From Patescibacteria group bacterium (lineage in GTDB: Bacteria; Patescibacteriota; Patescibacteriia; UBA9570): 64,000 nucleotides of DNA. Shown here one piece after another: positions 38,621 through 45,096 of the stretch (the stretch's first letter is position 1; each line of letters begins with the position of its first letter). The notes under the pieces are model-generated. The model searched no databases and was not told the origin of the DNA. It saw only the letters and a program-made list of their open reading frames with translations. The translations under genes and the position numbers were made by a program. The DNA is taken from positions 226,268 to 290,267 of the forward strand of contig JBAZWO010000001.1 of the NCBI GenBank assembly GCA_041660305.1, written 5' to 3'.

Positions 38621-38644
38621 AGATGTATTAGGTTAGTGCGCTTG

Positions 38645-38965
38645 TTATTGCGTCTGCTTAATTGTTGTAATAACCGCTTGGACAAATGGATTGCCGTGTT
38701 TCAGTTTGGGAAAAATTTTTTTCCCGGCCCGTTCCTTTTGTAATAGATTGGCATGTTCTAAAATTTTGATATGTTGCGATGCTAACGGTAGGGAAATCTT
38801 CAAAATGTGTGCAATATCGCCAACAGTCAGTTCAGGCTGTTCCACCAGCAGGCGGAAAATTCGGTAACGATTCACATCACTTAGTACTTTAAAGGCCGCG
38901 GCCATGTTTTTATCGATTTTACTGAATACTTTACGATTTTTTAGAATAGCTTTTTGGTTGAGCAT
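38645..38965 (-). CDS. ArsR/SmtB-family winged-helix regulator (no cysteines)
   Basis: FKVLSDVNRYRIFRLLVEQPELTVGDIAHILKISLPLASQHIKILEHANLL. Lacks metal-sensing Cys motifs. Divergent from the high-GC cassette array. Confidence 0.8.
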   Translation of the reverse strand: MLNQKAILKNRKVFSKIDKNMAAAFKVLSDVNRYRIFRLLVEQPELTVGDIAHILKISLPLASQHIKILEHANLLQKERAGKKIFPKLKHGNPFVQAVITTIKQTQ

Positions 38966-39071
38966 ATAATAAATTATTAAAAATATTAGTTAAATACTTG
39001 TTTATATGTTTATATATATACCATCACGATTAATCCGTCAATAGCTATTCGTCCATTACCAGAAAAAATAC

Positions 39072-39101
39072 TTGACTTTATTTAGCAGGCGTGGTTACTA
39101 T
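39072..39101 (+). promoter_or_regulatory. Sigma-70-like promoter in front of leader copy 1
   Basis: TTGACT (39072-39077), an 18-nt spacer, then TACTAT (39096-39101). The same TACTAT precedes leader copy 2 (39783-39788). Confidence 0.6.
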
Positions 39102-39254
39102 GTGGTTCGCTCTTTGAAAAAAAAGATGCATTCAAGTCTAAATTATAAATTTTAATAATCTATATTTTAGATCTGAGTGCATCGCTTCGCTAATATTTAG
39201 CAAAGTACAGATGCGTCAGGCAAAGGCCCACTTTGGGCAAAAAAGGAGAGGACG
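39102..39254 (+). promoter_or_regulatory. Conserved cassette leader, copy 1 (153 nt, structured)
   Basis: GTGGTTCGCTCTTTGAAA... Hairpin 1 39125-39183, hairpin 2 39185-39205, hairpin 3 39226-39238, SD GGAG 39245-39248. Line 39121-39180 has 13/60 G+C. Confidence 0.8.
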
Positions 39255-39593
39255 ATGAAGAACTCATTGTTGGTTAGTTTTTCGATGTTGGTGTTTGGTT
39301 GTTTCATGGGGTGCCTGCCGGATGTTCCTTTGGAGGAAGGAAGTCCAACTCCAGATGCTGAAGTCGGGTGTTATACCGACGACGACAGAGACGGATACAT
39401 CTCCGCCGCATGCGGGTACGGGACGGAGAGTCCCGACTGCGACGATGGCGACCCCAACGTGAACCCCGGCGTCACAGAGATCTGCGGCGACGGAATTGAC
39501 AATAACTGCGGGGGAATGATTGATGAGGATTGCCCTAGCCCCGCCGTCGTTGACGAAATTTCTTTAGGGGAGGAGATCAACGAAGGGCTTTGA
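39255..39593 (+). CDS. High-GC small lipoprotein precursor with one Cys-rich MopE-like (putative metal-binding) repeat
   Basis: SD plus ATG. MKNSLLVSFSMLVFGCFMGC, then DDDRDGY...DCDDGDPNVNPGVTEICGDGIDNNCGGMIDE. Confidence 0.75.
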   Translation: MKNSLLVSFSMLVFGCFMGCLPDVPLEEGSPTPDAEVGCYTDDDRDGYISAACGYGTESPDCDDGDPNVNPGVTEICGDGIDNNCGGMIDEDCPSPAVVDEISLGEEINEGL

Positions 39594-39788
39594 GCCTTTC
39601 GTGAAAAAAGCGAGCAAGCGCTCGCGTCTCATAAGAGATAGCTCTGGATACTCCAGAGGCGGAATGAGAATAATGAGACTTACTTGCAAATGCAAAATCT
39701 TGTTCTTCGTTCTTGTGCACGTAAACTTTGTTGCGTGCAGAAGAACAGAAATAACCCAATCAAGGGTTGTTTCTATCACGGTTACTAT

Positions 39789-39941
39789 GTGTTTCGCTCT
39801 TTGAAATAAAGATGCATTCAAGTCTAAATTATAAATTTTAATAATCTATATTTTAGATCTGAGTGCATCGCTTTACTGAATTTTTGGTAAAGTACGGATG
39901 CATCAGGCAGGAGCCCGATTATTGGGCCAAAAGGAGATGGG
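39789..39941 (+). promoter_or_regulatory. Conserved cassette leader, copy 2
   Basis: Identical to copy 1 through hairpin 1. Hairpin 2 has a diverged sequence but keeps its pairing. Hairpin 3 is GCCCGATTATTGGGC. Confidence 0.8.
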
Positions 39942-40628
39942 ATGAGAAATTTACTAGTCGCGGTTCTTGGTTTTTTGTTTCTTGTTGCCGGATTTTTTTT
40001 CATCGGCTGCGGGCCGATGGAAGAAGATGACGATTGTTCGGCTGCGTATAGCAGCGCTACGCCAGTGACGGACGACTGGCGGCCGGAGACAGAGGTCATC
40101 CTAGATGATGTCCTCTGGATTAGCCAGGCACCGCCGTCTTTGGATTGTGGCCCCACCACACTGGAGATGGCGTGGGCGTTTTTGGATGGAGAAATTCCAA
40201 CGTACGATCCAGGCGTCATTGATATAATGGCATGGATGGATGAACACGTCGATACATATGATAACGGGGGTCTGACAAATATGGTTGAGTTGGCGTACAC
40301 CAGCTTGTGGTATTTACAGCTCCCAGCGGAGGCATTCGGAGATGATCTCTGTATATCGATCGGCGGGTTGGAGGGGTTATACAATGAACTCCTGCTTGGA
40401 AAGCCAGTAGGATTCTCAAGCTATGGGCAAGAGGCTAATGCCTCAACGGCCGAAATGACGGCCGATGGAACAGGCCATGCTATGCTCCTTGTGGGCATGA
40501 CACCCACTGAAATCGTGGTGCACGACTCTAGTCAAAGCTCTGATTTTGGAGCTTATCGCCGCTTCAGTATCGAGAGTTTCGACCGAGTTGGTTGGAATTC
40601 TCACGGCGGGGTGAGGTTTATGCCGTAG
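39942..40628 (+). CDS. High-GC lipoprotein precursor with a C39-like papain-fold cysteine peptidase domain
   Basis: MRNLLVAVLGFLFLVAGFFFIGCG. SQAPPSLDCGPTTLEMAWAFLDG fits Q...CG..(L)xM, and GHAMLLVGMTPTEIVVHDS fits His...Asp. Confidence 0.65.
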   Translation: MRNLLVAVLGFLFLVAGFFFIGCGPMEEDDDCSAAYSSATPVTDDWRPETEVILDDVLWISQAPPSLDCGPTTLEMAWAFLDGEIPTYDPGVIDIMAWMDEHVDTYDNGGLTNMVELAYTSLWYLQLPAEAFGDDLCISIGGLEGLYNELLLGKPVGFSSYGQEANASTAEMTADGTGHAMLLVGMTPTEIVVHDSSQSSDFGAYRRFSIESFDRVGWNSHGGVRFMP

Positions 40629-40664
40629 TCCCAAAGCTCTCGTCAACCTTGACGAGGCAGAATC

Positions 40665-40880
40665 AAAACGCTGGAGCTCTGAAAGTCTAAACACTTTCAT
40701 CTCCACTAATTTCTAGGGCACAGAAAAGTGGTTCGCTCTTTAAAAATAAAGATGCATTCAAGTCTAAGTTATAGATTTTAATAATCTATATCTTAGATCT
40801 GAGTGCATCGCTTCGCTAATATTTAGCAAAGTACAGATGCATCAGGCAGAGGCCCAATCATTGGGTCAAAAGGAGAAGAG
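40665..40880 (+). promoter_or_regulatory. Conserved cassette leader, copy 3 (core 40728-40880) with a 63-nt 5' extension shared with copy 4
   Basis: The extension AAAACGCTGGAGCTCTGAAAGTCTAAACACTTTCATCTCCACTAATTTCTAGGGCACAGAAAA contains the hairpin GGAG..GAAAGT/ACTTTC..CTCC. Confidence 0.8.
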
Positions 40881-41498
40881 ATGAGAAATTTATTTGGTTT
40901 TTGTTTTGTTGTTAGTTTTTTATTTTTTTTCGGTTGTTTGGAGGACGTCCCCACGGGTTGTGAGGATTCCACTACACCGTGCCCGATGGAGGTGCCAACA
41001 CCCCTGCCCGGGTGTGTGGCGTCCCCGATCTCAGGGGACGAGCTCCTGAGTTTCTTCCCTGAGTGGGAAGGAACCGCGAAGTTTGTATCGATATATGAAG
41101 AATGTTCCGGAGACTGCTCCGGGACTTTCACTTTCCAGTCGGGAGTGTTCCCAGGTCAAACGGATGGAAATGCCTCTATAAGCATGGAGGGCTCGTTCGG
41201 AGACATGTCTTCTTGCGATGGGGGCTACCTGCCGTTAACCGCAACTTTTGATAGTTGTGGAGGTATGATGGCGAAAGGAGATTTCGGGGCTTTTGGGACC
41301 ATTTATTTAGAGGGTCAGTTTGCTGAAGAGGAGACCACTTTAGAGTGGTCTAGTAATGGGTGGGGGGATGGGGAGGATATTAATTTCCTCTACCTCCGCA
41401 TAGATTACGAAGACGATTGGATCGTCTCGACCACCACGAGACAAGATCAAAATGACGAGGTAGTGTGGGAGGAGTCATGGGACTCCGGCTGTAATTAA
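40881..41498 (+). CDS. High-GC lipoprotein precursor, unknown function
   Basis: SD plus ATG. MRNLFGFCFVVSFLFFFGC. Cys-containing 205-aa product with no recognised domain. Confidence 0.6.
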   Translation: MRNLFGFCFVVSFLFFFGCLEDVPTGCEDSTTPCPMEVPTPLPGCVASPISGDELLSFFPEWEGTAKFVSIYEECSGDCSGTFTFQSGVFPGQTDGNASISMEGSFGDMSSCDGGYLPLTATFDSCGGMMAKGDFGAFGTIYLEGQFAEEETTLEWSSNGWGDGEDINFLYLRIDYEDDWIVSTTTRQDQNDEVVWEESWDSGCN

Positions 41499-41638
41499 AA
41501 AACCCCACAACGCTTTTGTCTCCGTTTGAGCGATCGGCGGTATAGCCGATAACAAATGGAGAGCCGCCGCGGCGGAGCAGACTGCCGCAACAAACCATAT
41601 TTTTTCTGTCACCTGCGAAGGTAGGGAAAAATTGGTTA

Positions 41639-41850
41639 AAAAACGATGGAGCTCTGAAAGTTTAAACACTTTCATCTCCACTAATTTCTAGGGCACAGAA
41701 AAGTGGTTTGCTCTTTGAAATAAAGATGCATTCAAGTCTAAGTTATAAATTTTAATAATCTATATTTTAGATCTGAGTGCATCGCTTCGCTAATATTTAG
41801 CAAAGTACAGATGCATCAGGCAAAGGCCCACTTTAGGCAAAAAGGAGAAG
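41639..41850 (+). promoter_or_regulatory. Conserved cassette leader, copy 4 (core 41703-41850) with the shared 5' extension
   Basis: Near-identical to copy 3 in the extension and to copy 1 in the core. Confidence 0.8.
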
Positions 41851-42480
41851 ATGATGAAAAATGTAGCACTGGTCGTTGGCTTTCTGCTGGTTGCCGGAAT
41901 GGTGTTCTTTTTCTTCGGTTGTGGCGCTTACGGAGAGGATGACGATTCCACTGATTCCACCGCTACGCCAGGTGAGTGTGTTGAGGGGGAGACGGAGGAG
42001 TTAGCAGATCTGTGGCATCCGGATAGGGACACCGATGGCTTCGGTGCGGAGGACGGGGTAATCCTCTCCTGTACCCAACCTGTCGGTTACGTCGCCGACA
42101 ACACCGACTGCGATGACGCCGACGCCACGGTCTATCCCGGCGCGACCGAGGTCTGTGACGGGAAGGACAACGACTGCGATGGCGCGATCGATGAAGGCTT
42201 CGATACGGACGCAGACGCAGACGGATACACCGTCTGCACTGACTGCGACGACGATGACCCGGCTGTTGGCGACCCACCTACCTGGTATGAGGACGCCGAC
42301 GACGACGGGTACACACAACCTTTTAATGGGGTCAAGTCGTGTACCCGGCCCGAGGAAGGCTGGGTGATTGGGTCTGAAGAAGCCGACTGCAACAAGGGTG
42401 ACGCCAGCGTCTACCCTGGCGCCCCTGAGATCTACGACGGGAAGGACAATGACTGCGACGGCGAAATTGATGAGGGTTGA
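41851..42480 (+). CDS. High-GC lipoprotein precursor with tandem Cys-rich MopE-like (putative metal-binding) repeats
   Basis: MMKNVALVVGFLLVAGMVFFFFGCG. Repeats DCDDADATVYPGATEVCDGKDNDCDGAIDEG and DCNKGDASVYPGAPEIYDGKDNDCDGEIDEG. Line 42121-42180 has 39/60 G+C. Confidence 0.75.
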   Translation: MMKNVALVVGFLLVAGMVFFFFGCGAYGEDDDSTDSTATPGECVEGETEELADLWHPDRDTDGFGAEDGVILSCTQPVGYVADNTDCDDADATVYPGATEVCDGKDNDCDGAIDEGFDTDADADGYTVCTDCDDDDPAVGDPPTWYEDADDDGYTQPFNGVKSCTRPEEGWVIGSEEADCNKGDASVYPGAPEIYDGKDNDCDGEIDEG

Positions 42481-42514
42481 TGTCTACGTAAAGTAGGTAT
42501 TAGCTCTCGTAGCT

Positions 42515-42551
42515 CTCGCTTAGAACATAGTGTTCCAAGCGAGATTTTTTT
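42515..42551 (+). terminator. Rho-independent terminator closing the cassette array
   Basis: CTCGCTTAGAACAtagTGTTCCAAGCGAG followed by ATTTTTTT. Confidence 0.8.
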
Positions 42552-42599
42552 AAAATAATATCGGTCGTATAATCCTACTAAATAAAGCTTTCCGTATAG

Positions 42600-43622
42600 T
42601 TACAACAAAACATAATATCGTCCTTTAGTTTCACCTCGTTCAGCCGCATAGCCTTTTTGGACTAAGGCACTTAATAAGCGGTGGGCATACTGGCGAGATA
42701 CATGAAACTCTCGTTCAATATCACTAGCCGTTAATTGTTGCCGTTGCTGTAGTAATGCATAAGCAACTTGCTCTTTATTGGATAATCTTTGAGCAACATT
42801 TACGTGTTGAATAGCTTGCTCTGCTTTAGTTAAAGCGCTTTGTAAGGAATACCGAACTCCAGCTGTAAAATATTCTAACCAAGTTGTTTTATCTCCACTA
42901 TCGGCAGTATGTAAGCTATCTGAATATTCTTTACGATTCACATCATACCAATCATCCAACACGAAATATTTATTAATTTCGTAGTTATGCTGTAATAAAA
43001 TTAAAGCGGTTAATAATCTACATGTCCGGCCGTTACCATCAATAAAAGGATGTAGATAAACAAATTCGTGATGAAATATTCCGGCCGTTAAAATTGTTGG
43101 CACGTTAGCAGTGTCTTCTAACCATGAAAATAATTGTTGCAACGCTATTATAATTTTTACCGCTGAATGATAAGGCGGTTCATGTTTTACATGAAGTATA
43201 AGTTTCCCATTAACTTGCCTGCGTTTGCCAACTACAATACGTTTATTACGAATCGTGCCGGCAATATCATTATTTACTCCAACTAATAATTGTTGATGCA
43301 CGCTTAATAAATATTCAAGGTTAAGTGATTTTTTTACATCTTGGGATAAATTACGTAAAATATCAAAATAGTTACGCACTTCTTTTTCATCACGATTCAC
43401 TGGCACGCGTTCATCTAGCAACAAATTCGTTACTTCCGGTAACGATAATGAATTTCCTTCAATACTATTGGAGATATAAGCCGATTGAATTAAATTATCA
43501 CGTTCTAAGTTGAGCTGTAGTTTCTTTGGCAAACGCAAACTTTCCAACCGACCATACAAACGCTCTATTTTCGTTAAATTCTGTAATAACGTAGAAGTTA
43601 ACGTATAATTTGGTTTGAACAT
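42600..43622 (-). CDS. Fic-family protein (AMPylase-type) with a C-terminal winged-helix domain
   Basis: Fic motif HPFIDGNGRTCR. C-terminal wHTH-like LTASDIEREFHVSRQYAHRLLSALVQKGY. Confidence 0.9.
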   Translation of the reverse strand: MFKPNYTLTSTLLQNLTKIERLYGRLESLRLPKKLQLNLERDNLIQSAYISNSIEGNSLSLPEVTNLLLDERVPVNRDEKEVRNYFDILRNLSQDVKKSLNLEYLLSVHQQLLVGVNNDIAGTIRNKRIVVGKRRQVNGKLILHVKHEPPYHSAVKIIIALQQLFSWLEDTANVPTILTAGIFHHEFVYLHPFIDGNGRTCRLLTALILLQHNYEINKYFVLDDWYDVNRKEYSDSLHTADSGDKTTWLEYFTAGVRYSLQSALTKAEQAIQHVNVAQRLSNKEQVAYALLQQRQQLTASDIEREFHVSRQYAHRLLSALVQKGYAAERGETKGRYYVLL

Positions 43623-43652
43623 ATAATCTAACTATAGCACAAAAATAAATAA

Positions 43653-43684
43653 TTGTAAACCTTTTTGTAAACTTAATCGTAAAC
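43653..43684 (-). promoter_or_regulatory. Three direct TTGTAAAC repeats at a 12-nt period upstream of Fic (candidate operator)
   Basis: TTGTAAAC 43653-43660, TTGTAAAC 43665-43672, TCGTAAAC 43677-43684. They start 31 nt upstream of the Fic start codon. Confidence 0.5.
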
Positions 43685-43705
43685 TATATGTCAGATTTAA
43701 AAGCG

Positions 43706-43873
43706 CTCCTAAGGCTATAGCTCTGAGCGAGTTCGAACTAATGAGCGGAAGCGAATTGTGAGAACGAGTCGAAGAGCCGACTACTTACGACGAAATTCGA
43801 ACATTTTTTACTCAATACCCGAATGCCAATTAAGCGCGGCGGAAGGAGGGGTGCGGGGAGGAATTCCGCCGCG
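43706..43873. repeat. Composite repeat R' (L-like segment, P motif, purine mirror loop closed by a GC stem)
   Basis: L-like segment 43706-43777 (...GAGCGAG...AGTCGAAGAGC). P motif CGACTACTTACGACGAAATTCGAAC 43778-43802. Hairpin CGCGGCGG (43835-43842) with CCGCCGCG (43866-43873), 10 nt downstream of the racemase stop. Confidence 0.7.
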
Positions 43874-43882
43874 AGCCGCGCG

Positions 43883-44584
43883 TTAGACTCTGTAATCTAA
43901 ATACTTTTTGATAGTTTCCTCTGCTAGAGCCTCACTGGAATCAATTATTGTAAAACCTTTCATAGTTTTTACTATTTTAGTTATGTCGGTGCATGCAATG
44001 ATAATAGTATCGATTTCCTCTTCTTTTAAATATTTTGATAATTTTTTAGTGATAGTTGAAAGTTTATCGTTTTTCTCGCCATTTTTAACACTTTGGATTA
44101 AGTTATTAACCTCTTTTTGCCATTCTTCTTTAAGAACTATTTCTATGTTTTGTTTTTTTATTCCTTTTTGATAAATGTTCGCATCAATTGTTGTTCTTGC
44201 GGCAAAAAGAGCCACTCTTTGGGACGTTTTATTCAGTTTTTTTATGGTTGAATCAATAATGTTTAAAAGAGGTGTTTTTATACAATTTTGCAGATTATCA
44301 AAATATTTGTGTGCTGAATTGCATGGTATTGATATGAAATCAACGCCTGTACTTTCTAGTTTCTGAAGTCCTTTGCGAATGGTTGATTCCATTTCTTTGT
44401 CATCTATTGTTTGATTTACGTAAAAAGGTGTTGGCAATGAATATATTATAATATGTGGAAAATCGATATCATTGCGTGCACCATATTGCTTTTGACATTG
44501 TTCAATTACAAGATCAAGAAATGGAGAAGTTGATTTTGGTCCCATTCCAGCGAGAATTCCGATGATTATTTTTTTATTGGGCAT
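43883..44584 (-). CDS. Aspartate/glutamate racemase-family protein
   Basis: GILAGMGPKST and IPCNSAHKYF (first catalytic-Cys motif), plus IIACTD (second Cys). Confidence 0.8.
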   Translation of the reverse strand: MPNKKIIIGILAGMGPKSTSPFLDLVIEQCQKQYGARNDIDFPHIIIYSLPTPFYVNQTIDDKEMESTIRKGLQKLESTGVDFISIPCNSAHKYFDNLQNCIKTPLLNIIDSTIKKLNKTSQRVALFAARTTIDANIYQKGIKKQNIEIVLKEEWQKEVNNLIQSVKNGEKNDKLSTITKKLSKYLKEEEIDTIIIACTDITKIVKTMKGFTIIDSSEALAEETIKKYLDYRV

Positions 44585-44846
44585 ATCTGTATTTAGATTA
44601 TGGCGCTCTACAGTTGTTTTTTACTTTACTTAAATTTCAGTTTTGTTTTTCCACAACGTTCAATTGACAAGATATGTTAAAAGTATATACTAGCTCTAAA
44701 TCCTATGCAATATAGCTTTACCAGCCAAAATAATAATAATCAAAATAACCACTTCCAACGGCTGGCCATGTTTTAATAACATATAAATCTCTAACTTACT
44801 TAAAGATGCAAACCAGCCAAACAGCTGGATTTTTTAATTTTATTAA

Positions 44847-45080
44847 CTAACTTATTCTATTTATGAAACAAGTTACAAAACAACTCGTAAAATGGATGAA
44901 CGTCATATGGACAAGTCCGCTTATGAAATATATCTTGATTTGGCCAAAGAGAAACTAATTCCGCAAACCGCTGGTGCTGGTTTTGGCTTACAGCGCTTAC
45001 TGCGCTATTTAACGGGTATTCGCACCATGGAACAAGTTGTATTATTTCCACGCTCACCTCGCGAACCAATTATCTTTTAA
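44847..45080 (+). pseudogene. C-terminal fragment of a class II aminoacyl-tRNA-synthetase-like gene (AsnRS/AspRS/AsnA-like motif 3)
   Basis: The open frame ends ...YLDLAKEKLIPQTAGAGFGLQRLLRYLTGIRTMEQVVLFPRSPR (motif 3 GxGxGxxR and FPR). There is no catalytic core upstream, and a stop lies at 44844-44846. Confidence 0.65.
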
Positions 45081-45096
45081 CGAAATATCTTAACTT

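Noticed and set aside
39125-39183. Leader hairpin 1 as an integron attC site or an invertible (inverton) promoter
   Set aside because: No RYYYAAC/GTTRRRY core sites and no integrase are present. The segment enclosed by the inverted repeats is only about 25 nt, too short for an invertible promoter. A sense-strand hairpin site of another kind is not excluded.
39371-42395. Many overlapping ORFs inside the cassette array on both strands, including the two MEMKVF(R/K)LSEL ORFs (40443..40706 and 41475..41681)
   Set aside because: These are antisense or off-frame shadows of high-GC genes. The shared MEMKVF start comes from the repeated 63-nt leader extension. There is no SD at a proper distance and no recognisable domain.
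39072-42551. The high-GC cassettes as a simple assembly chimera or contamination
   Set aside because: The AT-rich leader occurs four times, interleaved with the high-GC ORFs. Every ORF has an SD at the correct distance, and the array ends in a clean terminator. A mis-join would not produce this regular pattern. Read-level confirmation is still required.
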